Assembly (NCBI GenBank): GCA_002471805.1
Contig: DKQR01000066.1
Coordinates: 1 to 38,514, forward strand
Direction of reading: 5' to 3'
DNA: 38,514 nucleotides
DNA from: Fidelibacterota bacterium UBA7303
Lineage (GTDB): Bacteria > Fidelibacterota > Marinisomatia > Marinisomatales > UBA1611
Shown here: positions 1-9,099 of the stretch, in pieces
Layout: each line of letters begins with the position of its first letter
Numbering within the stretch: position 1 is the stretch's first letter
The notes under the pieces: generated by a model
Seen by the model: the letters and a program-made list of their open reading frames with translations, nothing else
Database searches by the model: none
What the model was told of the DNA's origin: nothing
Made by a program: the position numbers and the translations under genes

Positions 1-255
1 CCGCTGAACACGTTCATCATCATCATGGTAAACTGTTAGATTACACCCCGGCCACAGAATACCATCAAAGGTTTTTAATATCTCCAGAGTAGGTAACAGT
101 GTTGAATCGTCACTCGCATATAGAATGGTTGTTTGTGCATCCGGTATATGTTGAAATAACATTTTTTCATACAATTTTCCTGCCAGTGTCATACCGACTG
201 TATCAAATTGCAGCCTACTCTTTTCTGGATATCCGTCTATAATTAATAATTTCAT
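1..255 (-). CDS. Class I glutamine amidotransferase-like protein, N-terminal fragment (gene runs off the window start)
   Basis: This ORF is not in the ORF track because it is edge-truncated. The reverse complement from the ATG at 255-253 reads MKLLIIDGYPEKSRLQFDTVGMTLAGKLYEKMLFQHIPDAQTTILYASDDSTLLPTLEILKTFDGILWPGCNLTVYHDDDERVQR, with no stop down to position 1. The start directly abuts the stop (256-258) of the upstream HAD gene. The MKxLIIxx...DGIxxxGxxxxVYD layout resembles GATase1/GuaA-like N-termini, but the family call is from memory only. Confidence 0.4.
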   Translation of the reverse strand, partial: MKLLIIDGYPEKSRLQFDTVGMTLAGKLYEKMLFQHIPDAQTTILYASDDSTLLPTLEILKTFDGILWPGCNLTVYHDDDERVQR

Positions 256-1011
256 TTAGCTGCCTTTAATTTTTTCTAAAGCTTCGGATAAGCCCGAATA
301 ATCATTAAAGATTCCATCTGCTTTTGTATTTGCACTGCCTCTATCCACTGCGGCAATGCATAAAATAGCTTTCATGCCAAATTCATGGGGGCCCGCAATG
401 TCATTAGTCTCCCGATCACCAATATGGACAACTTCAGACGGAAAAAGATGCAATCCCTCCCAAGCATGTTGAAACATGGATTGATGCGGTTTTGAATGAC
501 CCACTTCATCTGAAAATGCGAATGTATCAAAATAGTCTAACAATCCTTCGTCTCTGAGCAATGTTCGTAACACACGCCCAGGACTAAATATAGCATCCGA
601 TATAATGCCCAATTGATAATGTTCGGATAATCGGGCGATGGCTTCATGCACACCTGTGACAAAGTCCGGGCGAAATACCAATTCCATTTCTTCATGAAGG
701 CGTACCAGTTCAATCATTTCATGTTCTGATAGCGATACATTTAATTTATCTAAAATTTGATTTAAACGATGGGCAACGGTCCTTGTTATATTATTATTGT
801 GCCAGTCATTTCTAAAATCAGAATCCACTTCATCATAAATATCAGAAACAGATTTAAAGGAAATATCAGTAAGTTTTGATGTAGCTGCATGAACTAATTC
901 TCGTCTTTCAACCAACTTTGTTGGACATCCTGCTTTTGCTCTTTTTGGTTCATCCGAATCATCGATTAAAACTGTATCCCACAAATCAAATGTGATTCCT
1001 TTTACAACCAT
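256..1011 (-). CDS. HAD-superfamily hydrolase (subfamily IA-like phosphatase/dehalogenase-type)
   Basis: This is a 251-aa ORF. HAD motif I is FDLWDTV at the N-terminus, motif II is IISDA, the motif III lysine lies in HSKP, and motif IV is GDRETNDI. There is a 0-nt gap to the upstream gene, which suggests translational coupling. Confidence 0.8.
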   Translation of the reverse strand: MVVKGITFDLWDTVLIDDSDEPKRAKAGCPTKLVERRELVHAATSKLTDISFKSVSDIYDEVDSDFRNDWHNNNITRTVAHRLNQILDKLNVSLSEHEMIELVRLHEEMELVFRPDFVTGVHEAIARLSEHYQLGIISDAIFSPGRVLRTLLRDEGLLDYFDTFAFSDEVGHSKPHQSMFQHAWEGLHLFPSEVVHIGDRETNDIAGPHEFGMKAILCIAAVDRGSANTKADGIFNDYSGLSEALEKIKGS

Positions 1012-2163
1012 TTAAATCAATCTTTCAAGAATGTCAATCACGTCTCCGGCCACCACTTTTCGAGAATTTGTTGGGCAGGATGGATCTGCCAGTGCGTATT
1101 TCTCAATCTTTTTTAAATCATTTGAGTCAATCTGAAAAGATTTTAAATCAGAAGGCAATTTTAATCGACGCAGCCAATTACTCATCATAGCAACAATTTC
1201 ATCTGCATCATTTTTAACACCCAAAACCGATCCGAGCGATGCGAGTTTTGCTCGAGCATTTTCATATTCTATATTATATTTTGTAGTTCCAATAAGAAGG
1301 GTCGCATTTGCCAAACCATGATGCAAGTCATAATGCACACCTAAAGCATGGGCGATAGCATGATTAACTCCGAGTCCTTTTTGAAAAGCGGTAGCCCCCA
1401 TGGAGGAGGCCATGAGCATATTTCCTCGAGCAGATATATTCTGGCCATTTACAACAGCACGTTCCAAATTTTTCACACATAATGCCATACCGCGCTGAGC
1501 AATGCCATCGGCAAATGGATGAAATGCATCCACCCAAAATGCTTCTAGATTATGAACAAATGCATCGACACCTGTGGCGGCCGTTAAACCGGCTGGAAGC
1601 CCAACAGTTAATTCCGGATCCAGAATGGCAATATCCGGCAACATGAAGGGTGAAAAAATAATGGTCTTCTTATTAGTGGCTTTTATTAAAATTACACTGC
1701 TTCGTCCCACTTCACTTCCAGTACCGGCAGTCGTTGGAACAGCATAAAAGGGCGGCATATTATTCTGAATCAAACAATCGCCACCCAAAGCATCATCATA
1801 TTGTTCTAAAGGGCCCTCATGTGTGGCCATCACTTTAATGGTTTTACCCACATCCATGGATGACCCGCCACCCAAAGCAACAATAAAGGTTGAACCACTT
1901 TCTTTATAAACGATGGTTCCAGCATATACATTTTCGCAGGTTGGATTAGACTTCACCTCGTTATAGGTTATAAGTTCAATCCCTGAATCAGTAAAAAGGT
2001 TACGAACCTTTTCAGGAATTCCCGCTGATTCCAGTCCTTGATCTGTTACCAGGAGTCCTTTAGAGCGCCCTGATTCCTTGATCATGGATGGCAATTCTTG
2101 AATCACGCCCGGCCCGTATTCTATACGTGTTGGATAAAAATAGCTGTGTCGCTGGTTTGGCAT
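1012..2163 (-). CDS. Iron-containing (group III) alcohol dehydrogenase
   Basis: This is a 383-aa ORF. It has the GGGSSMDVGK glycine-rich NAD motif and the His-rich metal-site region HAIAHALGVHYDLHHG. The N-terminus (PTRIEYGPGVIQELP) is typical of the Fe-ADH family. Confidence 0.85.
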   Translation of the reverse strand: MPNQRHSYFYPTRIEYGPGVIQELPSMIKESGRSKGLLVTDQGLESAGIPEKVRNLFTDSGIELITYNEVKSNPTCENVYAGTIVYKESGSTFIVALGGGSSMDVGKTIKVMATHEGPLEQYDDALGGDCLIQNNMPPFYAVPTTAGTGSEVGRSSVILIKATNKKTIIFSPFMLPDIAILDPELTVGLPAGLTAATGVDAFVHNLEAFWVDAFHPFADGIAQRGMALCVKNLERAVVNGQNISARGNMLMASSMGATAFQKGLGVNHAIAHALGVHYDLHHGLANATLLIGTTKYNIEYENARAKLASLGSVLGVKNDADEIVAMMSNWLRRLKLPSDLKSFQIDSNDLKKIEKYALADPSCPTNSRKVVAGDVIDILERLI

Positions 2164-2164
2164 C

Positions 2165-3568
2165 TTAATGTGTTTTATTTCTCAAATGATAGGATTTGGG
2201 TCGCGTTAATTGCTCAAAGCCAACTTGGGACAAGGAACAGCCACGACCGGAATCTTTTATGCCCGCCCAGGATAAATAGGGATCTAAATAATCACAGCGG
2301 TTCATAAAACATGTCCCTGTTTCAATATTGTTAGCAATTTGAATGGCTTCATCCTCATTTTCTGTCCAAACCGACGCGGTTAATCCATAGGGACTGTCAT
2401 TCATGAGTTGCAATGCTTCACCATCATTTTTTACAGGCATGATGCCCACCACTGGACCAAATGATTCATCCATCATAACATTCATGGAATGATTAACGTT
2501 GATTAATACTTGTGGCGGCAAATAATGCGGGCCCAATGATTGTCCGTTGAAATGATTCCAATCCAATAAGGGTTTAGCTCCAGATGAAACAGCCTGATCA
2601 ATATGGGATTTAACGAGACGAACACCACTTAATTTCGTCATAGGTCCCAATGTTATTTTTTCATCTGTGGGGTTTCCCAAAATATATTGATTCGTTAAAT
2701 CAACAAAACCATCGACAAATGATGAGAAATGATCTTCATGCACATAAATGCGTTCTATCCCGCAGCAAGATTGACCCGAATTGAAAAATGCCCCATCCAC
2801 CAAATTTTCGATCGCAAAATCAATATTAGCATCGGCACGTACATAGGCAGGATCTTTACCGCCCAATTCCAATCCAAGTCCAATAAATCGTTCAGATGCA
2901 ATACGCTGAATCACGTGCCCACCGGAAACAGAACCTGTAAAAGCCACAAAATCAATTCGATTATCTCGAACAACTTCAGCCGTTGATTCATGCGTTAAAT
3001 GAAGAAATTGAAATAATCCATCCGGGAGCCCTGCTTTATCAAATGCTTGTTTTAATCGTTCAGCGCATAAAGGTGTTTGAGTCGAATGTTTTAACACAAT
3101 TGCATTTCCGGCTAATAAGGCGGGGACCACAGTATTAACCGCAATTAAATAGGGATAATTCCATGCGGGTACCACAAATACAATACCCAATGGTTCTCGT
3201 TGAATAAATCGATTAAATCCATCCTTTTTGTCTATATGTATGTCTTTCAAAGCATTATCAGCCAACCGAATCATGCCCAAAGTCCGTTCTGCTGTACCGC
3301 GCACTTCTCCTGGAGCATAACGAATAGGTCGTCCCATTTGCCATGATAATTCTTCAGAAATCGCCTCCAATTTTGATGTGAATGCATCAACAAACTTTGT
3401 TACAACAATTTTTCGATCCTGAAGACCTGTGTGTTTCCATTCTTTTTGTATTTTTACCGCCTTTGTTAACATATTATCAATATCCTTTCCATCATGAAAG
3501 GGTCGTTCGATATAAACATTTTCATCGATGGGGGAAATCACTTTTAATCGTTGGTTTGAACCAGCCAT
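2165..3568 (-). CDS. NAD(P)-dependent aldehyde dehydrogenase family protein
   Basis: This is a 467-aa ORF. The catalytic Glu motif is LELGGKDP and the catalytic Cys motif is FFNSGQSCCGIERIYV. The FTGS cofactor motif is present as FTGSVSGG. Confidence 0.9.
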   Translation of the reverse strand: MAGSNQRLKVISPIDENVYIERPFHDGKDIDNMLTKAVKIQKEWKHTGLQDRKIVVTKFVDAFTSKLEAISEELSWQMGRPIRYAPGEVRGTAERTLGMIRLADNALKDIHIDKKDGFNRFIQREPLGIVFVVPAWNYPYLIAVNTVVPALLAGNAIVLKHSTQTPLCAERLKQAFDKAGLPDGLFQFLHLTHESTAEVVRDNRIDFVAFTGSVSGGHVIQRIASERFIGLGLELGGKDPAYVRADANIDFAIENLVDGAFFNSGQSCCGIERIYVHEDHFSSFVDGFVDLTNQYILGNPTDEKITLGPMTKLSGVRLVKSHIDQAVSSGAKPLLDWNHFNGQSLGPHYLPPQVLINVNHSMNVMMDESFGPVVGIMPVKNDGEALQLMNDSPYGLTASVWTENEDEAIQIANNIETGTCFMNRCDYLDPYLSWAGIKDSGRGCSLSQVGFEQLTRPKSYHLRNKTH

Positions 3569-4819
3569 TTATAAATCGGCCTTTCCTGTTTTATTTCGTA
3601 ACAAGATAAGAAATAAAAAGATAGCTGCTAAGACAGCTGACACTAAAAGAATGCTGAAAACGGTTCCTGCACCGGACGAATCTAAGATGGAACCCAATAT
3701 AAATTCCTGTACAACGGAACCTACAGCCCCTAATCCATTAATAATTCCGGCTGCAAATGCAGCACCGCGTAAAGTGCTAACTTCAATGGCCCCGGCTCCA
3801 GTCATGAGTGCGTCCGGCCCATACAAAGTGAAACCCACCAAAGCTAGACTTATTCCGAAATAAAGTAAACTCGCAGGTCCATACGTGTATAGCAGCATGG
3901 TGGAAGCAGTCATGGCTAAAATGAAATAAAAACTGATTTTTGCGCGCTTTCCAGAAAAGTATTTATCTGAAATAAATCCTGCTGCAATTACACCGAATGC
4001 ACCTGCGAAATCAAATGCCGTCGAAAGATAACCCGCATCATCCAGAGCAAGCCCGTAATCACGATAAAGAAGAAATGGGGTCCAGGACCAAAGGGCATAT
4101 CGAATGAATTTCACAAAAAAATAGAATCCTCCTACAAGTAAAATATTGGTCCAAATGGCAGAACTCCATCCTAAATCTCTCTGTACATTCTTTTCTATTA
4201 TGGATTTATTTTCACTGGAATCCACAAGCCCAAACCCAACATCTTCAGGTTTATTTCTTTGATTAAATAAAAAGAAAATCCAAACACCTAATAGAATAAT
4301 AGAGCCAGCCCAGAACGACCATTGAATACCCCATCTTGCCAATACCCAAGCTGCAAGTCCGCTGGCCAGCACACCGCCAATTTGATAATTTGTTGCCCAA
4401 AATCCCATAACCGTTCCACGTTCTTTTCGGCTAAACCACGGAGCCATGGCGGCCACATTATTAGACCATCCTGTGGATTGAGCGAAACCATTAATCATCA
4501 TTAACAATGAAAAGGTTATCCAGGAGTTCGTTATACCAAATAAAAAGTTAACCGCAATAGATACGGCCATTCCGAACAATAATAAGATTCGTGGCCCCCA
4601 CTTCGACCCAACCCAGCCCATAATAAATTGACCAATAGTATAGGCAACTAAATAGGCTGATCCAATGAACCCGAGTAAAGATGGATCCCAGGACAGTTCT
4701 TCAGCTAATGCTGGTTTGGCAATAAAGAATGGTTTTCGACAAAAATAAAATCCCGCATAGGATAACCATGTGGATGCGAAAATGCGATAACGCCATATTG
4801 ACTGAGGTGAATAAATCAT
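3569..4819 (-). CDS. MFS transporter, organophosphate:phosphate antiporter (GlpT/UhpC-like, OPA) family
   Basis: This is a 416-aa polytopic protein with about 12 hydrophobic segments. Its N-terminus, WLSYAGFYFCRKPFFIAKPAL...GFIGSAYLVAYTIGQFIMGWVGSKWGPR, parallels the GlpT/UhpC N-terminal signature as I remember it. It is the first gene of the minus-strand operon. Confidence 0.75.
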   Translation of the reverse strand: MIYSPQSIWRYRIFASTWLSYAGFYFCRKPFFIAKPALAEELSWDPSLLGFIGSAYLVAYTIGQFIMGWVGSKWGPRILLLFGMAVSIAVNFLFGITNSWITFSLLMMINGFAQSTGWSNNVAAMAPWFSRKERGTVMGFWATNYQIGGVLASGLAAWVLARWGIQWSFWAGSIILLGVWIFFLFNQRNKPEDVGFGLVDSSENKSIIEKNVQRDLGWSSAIWTNILLVGGFYFFVKFIRYALWSWTPFLLYRDYGLALDDAGYLSTAFDFAGAFGVIAAGFISDKYFSGKRAKISFYFILAMTASTMLLYTYGPASLLYFGISLALVGFTLYGPDALMTGAGAIEVSTLRGAAFAAGIINGLGAVGSVVQEFILGSILDSSGAGTVFSILLVSAVLAAIFLFLILLRNKTGKADL

Positions 4820-4917
4820 TCTTCAGTTTTACAAAGGAATAAACTGTTAATGTCGGAGAATGGGAAAATGTAAATCAAAAATCATAAGGGTTGAATATAT
4901 AATCTTAATTACATTAC

Positions 4918-4952
4918 CTGAACAGAATTAGATAAAATATTTTTATGTTCAG
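4918..4952. promoter_or_regulatory. Inverted repeat CTGAACA-N21-TGTTCAG in the divergent intergenic region
   Basis: CTGAACA at 4918-4924 and TGTTCAG at 4946-4952 are perfect 7-bp complements. The repeat ends 22 nt upstream of the ATG at 4975 and lies inside the 155-nt divergent promoter region (4820-4974). No function has been demonstrated. Confidence 0.2.
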
Positions 4953-4974
4953 CTTATTTTAACATATTGATTTA

Positions 4975-5562
4975 ATGACTATGAATGTAAAACAGAAAAC
5001 AGTTATCGGCTGGACGGCAGGCCTATCAATTGTATATGCGATCACGAGGTATCATTACTTCAAAGGTGTTCCTTTCCAACAATTTTTCCCTGATATATTG
5101 AATAAAGGACTCTCATTGGCTGCCATTTTATTAATCAGTCTTTTGCTTTCTGTTGGCCCTTTATCTCGCCAATTCCCAGATAAATTTAATAATCTTCAAT
5201 TGGGAAAAAGGTTATTTGGTTCATTGGGTTTTGTTTTTGCTTTTCTCCATTCATTGGTTTCAATCTACTTTTACAAACCAGATCATTATCCCAAGTTTTT
5301 CTCACTTGAGCATCTTAATGTTATAGGAAAATTTGTACTTTATTCCGGTGTAGTTTCCTTAATATTGTTAAGTATTGCATTTATGGTGTCATTTCCAAAA
5401 ATTCTAAATGTACGTCCTAATTATTTTTCAACAATCCCAGTTTATCGGTTTCGTAGGCTTAATTATTGGAGGTGGTCATGTGATTCCTATCGGTGCTCAG
5501 GGATGGTTTCATCCCTACTGTTGGCCGGGGTATTTAATTCCATTATGTATAACAGAAAGTAA
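4975..5562 (+). CDS. Polytopic membrane protein, ferric-reductase/MsrQ-like haem-b domain (weak call), apparently frameshifted near 5410-5430
   Basis: This is a 195-aa ORF. The first ~145 aa form four clear hydrophobic helices, one of which contains FAFLHSL. The last ~50 aa in this frame ([30 protein letters not shown]...) do not look like membrane protein. The next frame over 5408-5566 reads as a plausible fifth helix with a His, [37 protein letters not shown]. Confidence 0.5.
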   Translation: MTMNVKQKTVIGWTAGLSIVYAITRYHYFKGVPFQQFFPDILNKGLSLAAILLISLLLSVGPLSRQFPDKFNNLQLGKRLFGSLGFVFAFLHSLVSIYFYKPDHYPKFFSLEHLNVIGKFVLYSGVVSLILLSIAFMVSFPKILNVRPNYFSTIPVYRFRRLNYWRWSCDSYRCSGMVSSLLLAGVFNSIMYNRK

Positions 5563-5566
5563 AAAT

Positions 5567-7894
5567 ATGACACAATTATTATTCTTTCTTTTTTTTACCA
5601 AAACAGTGTTTGCACAAGTAAGTACCGAAAGGATACTTGAGCAACCATTAGAACCGCATCCAATTATTGAATTAAAGAATTGGGATGTATTCAATGGCGA
5701 AACCTCATTAGAGAATGCTCTTAATTTTCAGAATAATAATGGCTGGGAATCATGGACACTTAATACAAAATGGTGGGATGAGTATAATGTTAAATGGTTC
5801 CGGAGAAATGTGTCAATACCCGAATCATTTAGGGGGCAGGATGTTTTTCTCGAACTAAAAGTTGATAATAAAGGGATTGTTTATTTCAATGGTGAAAAAC
5901 TCATGAATGTTGCACGGCTTCAAGGGAAAAAATTGTTAATAAAAAATGCCAAAGGAAATGAAACTTTTACCATAGTAGTTCGCGGGGAAAAAACGGGGTA
6001 TTATGGCCAATTTTATCAAGCAGATATTGTAGCCTATCCACCTGGCTACAGCGATTTTTATTTTTATTTAAATTCGGTTGAAACATTAAGACCTTCCAGT
6101 CGAGGAATATCCATTGAAAAAGCAAAATGGAAAATGATGGCAGATGAGGGCGCCAGCCACCCTGATTTTGACGATTCACATTGGGTAACACGAGAAATCA
6201 GAGGTACTTGGAGGGGTGAATACAAACATGCGTGGTACCGTATGTCCATTAAACTTCCAGATGAAATTGATGGATTCCCTATTAATAGTAACCGTTTATT
6301 CATTCATGCTTACACAAATGACAAAGGTGAAATTTGGTATGAAGGACAAAAGCTACATGAATTCAGGGATAGTTCTGGGAATATTTTATTTGAGGTAAAT
6401 GGCACACCATCTAAAACGATCTCTTTTGCGATCAAAGCCATAAATGAAAGAAATATGGGTGAATTAAAAGATGTAAGAATTATTTCAAGTGAAGCATTAA
6501 GATTAGAATCCACTTATAAATCCATGCTCGAAAAACTCGAAAGATGGGATCGATATTTCCAAAGACATCCTGCTCCTAAAGAAGAATGGATATCCGTAGC
6601 GACTGTCACATTAAAAGAGACCATTGAATCAGATAAACCATTAGAGATTAAACTCAATCAGCTAGAATCGAAAATAGCTTCTCTGAATAATAAAATGGTA
6701 TCTCAACCCGTCTTTGTTGTTCCACCTTATTTACAAAATGTGCAAGATGATGGTATTACCATTATGTGGGAAACAGCCCTCCCATCTTTAGGCACGGTCT
6801 TATTTGGGAAACAGGATTTAAATCGTGCCATTCATGGTCAATATTCCCCTACTACAATTCATGAAATAACTTTAGTCGGATTGGATAGAAATACGCATTA
6901 TAACTATCGGGTGATTTCGGGTGATATGGCCAGCCCCATACAAACATTTAGAACAAAGAAAGATGACGGTATTCCATTTTCCTTTTCTGTGTATGGAGAT
7001 AATCGCAGTTATCCAAAAGTAGCGGAAAATGTTGTTAAAATGATGACACGTGAAAAGATTGATTTCATATGCAGTGTGGGTGATGTGGTTACTCGGGGAA
7101 TCAATTTATCTGAATGGGTGGACGATTATTTATATCCTCTGCGATGGATTGGTGGACAAGTTCCAACCTACATCTCTATTGGGAATCATGAGTATGGTGG
7201 CTATTGGGAAGTCGGAGAAGTTTATCCCTTTGAAGAGCGCGTGAATCATCCACTAACCTCAAATGGCAGTACGGAATATTGGTATTCATTCGATTATGGG
7301 AATGCCCATTTTGTATTCATAGATCCAAACAAAGGAGACGGACCAAAAGGGCGTCGCATACCGCCGGGAAGTCAACAATATGAATGGCTCAAACATGATT
7401 TAAAATCTGCACGAAGATCGTCCAAATGGACATTCGTTTTTTTCCATCAACCACCCTACTCGGAATGTTGGTCAGGCGGTTATTATGATGGAGAATATTA
7501 TTTGCGTGAAGAGATTGTACCTCTCATGGAACTCAATGGTGTAGATATTGTGTTCAGTGGCCATACTCATGATTACGAACGCGGTCTTCCCCATCCGCCC
7601 TATGATCCTGAAACGGGTTCAGGAAATAATGCAGCTTATATTATTACAGGCGGTGCAGGATCATTCTTGGATAATCATAAATATTATGAATGGGAACAAA
7701 TTGATATTCCGGACCATCCTGCACGACCCAACAGTAACGAATCAGACGAAGGCAAATATTATGAATACCATTATATTGTTATTAATATTGATGGAGATAT
7801 ATTAAAAGCAACCACGCAAAAAATGAACGGTGATGGGAGTTATGGAGGTGTCATGGATTCATTCGAATTGCACTATAATACATCCAATAAATAA
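5567..7894 (+). CDS. Secreted calcineurin-like metallophosphoesterase (purple-acid-phosphatase-like) with two N-terminal galactose-binding-like beta-sandwich repeats
   Basis: I place the start at ATG 5567, which gives the signal peptide [17 protein letters not shown]. The track ORF starts at 5408. The metallophosphatase motifs are present in order: [27 protein letters not shown] and GHTHDYER. They are preceded by a PAP N-terminal FN3-like segment ([20 protein letters not shown]). Confidence 0.85.
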   Translation: MTQLLFFLFFTKTVFAQVSTERILEQPLEPHPIIELKNWDVFNGETSLENALNFQNNNGWESWTLNTKWWDEYNVKWFRRNVSIPESFRGQDVFLELKVDNKGIVYFNGEKLMNVARLQGKKLLIKNAKGNETFTIVVRGEKTGYYGQFYQADIVAYPPGYSDFYFYLNSVETLRPSSRGISIEKAKWKMMADEGASHPDFDDSHWVTREIRGTWRGEYKHAWYRMSIKLPDEIDGFPINSNRLFIHAYTNDKGEIWYEGQKLHEFRDSSGNILFEVNGTPSKTISFAIKAINERNMGELKDVRIISSEALRLESTYKSMLEKLERWDRYFQRHPAPKEEWISVATVTLKETIESDKPLEIKLNQLESKIASLNNKMVSQPVFVVPPYLQNVQDDGITIMWETALPSLGTVLFGKQDLNRAIHGQYSPTTIHEITLVGLDRNTHYNYRVISGDMASPIQTFRTKKDDGIPFSFSVYGDNRSYPKVAENVVKMMTREKIDFICSVGDVVTRGINLSEWVDDYLYPLRWIGGQVPTYISIGNHEYGGYWEVGEVYPFEERVNHPLTSNGSTEYWYSFDYGNAHFVFIDPNKGDGPKGRRIPPGSQQYEWLKHDLKSARRSSKWTFVFFHQPPYSECWSGGYYDGEYYLREEIVPLMELNGVDIVFSGHTHDYERGLPHPPYDPETGSGNNAAYIITGGAGSFLDNHKYYEWEQIDIPDHPARPNSNESDEGKYYEYHYIVINIDGDILKATTQKMNGDGSYGGVMDSFELHYNTSNK

Positions 7895-7898
7895 AAGA

Positions 7899-9086
7899 AT
7901 GACATATTTAAACTATAATCGAAAATTAAAGATGGGGTTAGTTGGGGGTGGACCGGGAGCATTTATCGGCGATGTACATAGAAAAGCTGCAATTCTTGAC
8001 GGCGGTGTCAATCTTGTTTCAGGTACTTTTAGCCGGCACATTGAAAATTCAAAAGAGGCGGGCCAGACATATAATATAAATCCTGAGCGTGTATTTGATC
8101 ATCATGAAATAATGATACAAAATGAATTATCCCTGCCGGATGAAGATAGAATTGATTTTGTTGCCATAACAACACCTAACCAATCTCACTATTCCATTGC
8201 CATAGATTTTTTAGAAGCCGGTTTTCATGTGATGTGTGAAAAACCTATGACCTTTGATGTAAAAGAAGCTGTGAAACTTCAGGAAAAAGTCAGGGAGACC
8301 GAACTTGTATTTGGGTTGATGCATAATTATACCGGTTATCCCATGGTAAAGTTTGCCCGTGATATTGTGCGGAAAAAGGAATTAGGGAATATTCGGAAAA
8401 TTGTTGTTCAATACCCTCAAGGATGGTTGACCACACCCCTGGAAGAAACAGGACATATTCAAGCCGGCTGGCGTACCGACCCATCGCAAAGTGGTGGCGC
8501 AGGAAGCATGGGTGATATTGGGACCCATGCTGAGAATCTGTCGGAATATATTACTGGATTGACTATTTCTGATGTTTGTGCAGATCTTTCCATGTTTGTG
8601 AATGGAAGGAAATTAGACGATGACGGTAATTGTTTATTAAAGTTTAATAATGGAGCAAAAGGGTTGATTCATGTCAGCCAGATTGCATGTGGTGAAGAAA
8701 ATAATCTGGTCATTTGGGTTTATGGTGAAAAGAAAAGTTTAGAATGGCATCAAGAAACTCCAAATGAATTAATTATAAGAGATGGAAATGGGCCAAACCA
8801 GATTTGGCGACGAGGGAATGACTATGTTGCACAAATAAGTCCCGCCGCCGCACGGGCAACGCGATTACCATCCGGTCATCCGGAAGGGTTCCTTGAAGCA
8901 TTTGCAAATATTTATTTGAATTTCACGGATACAATTCGTTCACGATACTTAAATCAAACACCCACAGAAGCCATGTTGGATTTCCCAAATGTAAATGATG
9001 GTGTGCGGGGGATGCTTTTTATCGAAACAGTCTTAAAAAGTGCAAAGAGTGATCAAAAATGGACCAAAATTTTGACACATAAATAA
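7899..9086 (+). CDS. Gfo/Idh/MocA-family NAD(P)-dependent oxidoreductase (no export signal)
   Basis: I place the start at ATG 7899 (MTYLNYNRKLKMGLVGGGPGAFIGDVHRK), 4 nt after the previous stop. The track start at 7830 would overlap the upstream gene. The Rossmann motif GLVGGGPGAFIG and the family EKP motif (HVMCEKPMT) are both present. Confidence 0.85.
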   Translation: MTYLNYNRKLKMGLVGGGPGAFIGDVHRKAAILDGGVNLVSGTFSRHIENSKEAGQTYNINPERVFDHHEIMIQNELSLPDEDRIDFVAITTPNQSHYSIAIDFLEAGFHVMCEKPMTFDVKEAVKLQEKVRETELVFGLMHNYTGYPMVKFARDIVRKKELGNIRKIVVQYPQGWLTTPLEETGHIQAGWRTDPSQSGGAGSMGDIGTHAENLSEYITGLTISDVCADLSMFVNGRKLDDDGNCLLKFNNGAKGLIHVSQIACGEENNLVIWVYGEKKSLEWHQETPNELIIRDGNGPNQIWRRGNDYVAQISPAAARATRLPSGHPEGFLEAFANIYLNFTDTIRSRYLNQTPTEAMLDFPNVNDGVRGMLFIETVLKSAKSDQKWTKILTHK

Positions 9087-9099
9087 TGGGAGAATTTTC

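Noticed and set aside
2098-4504. Short plus-strand ORFs (2098-2307, 2729-2986, 3382-3609, 3528-3863, 4322-4504) and the minus-strand ORF 4288-4491, all inside the minus-strand operon.
   Set aside because: Each lies wholly inside a longer ORF with clear family motifs (Fe-ADH, ALDH, MFS). Their translations are low-complexity, rich in Arg, Ser, Cys and His, and have no recognisable domain or ribosome-binding site. They are shadow ORFs.
256-4819. Interpretation of the operon as 2-aminoethylphosphonate catabolism (PhnX-like HAD, PhnY-like ALDH).
   Set aside because: The HAD N-terminus (FDLWDTV) does not resemble PhnX as I remember it. No PhnW aminotransferase or PhnA is present. The idea cannot be supported from the sequence alone.
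5408-5566. The 53-codon N-terminal extension of the metallophosphatase ORF given in the track.
   Set aside because: I rejected it as part of the phosphatase because a canonical signal peptide begins at ATG 5567, 4 nt after the upstream stop. The extension is better explained as the displaced last helix of the upstream membrane protein, as described in the frameshift finding.
5967-7805. Small ORFs on both strands within the phosphatase gene (5967-6191, 6064-6303, 6216-6398, 6310-6513, 7050-7244, 7548-7805).
   Set aside because: They are embedded in a CDS that carries all five metallophosphatase motifs in order. They have no independent signals.
7830-7898. Upstream start (7830) for the first Gfo/Idh/MocA gene.
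   Set aside because: It would overlap the phosphatase gene by 65 nt, and the extra residues ([23 protein letters not shown]) are just the alternative reading of the phosphatase C-terminus. ATG 7899 lies just after the stop.
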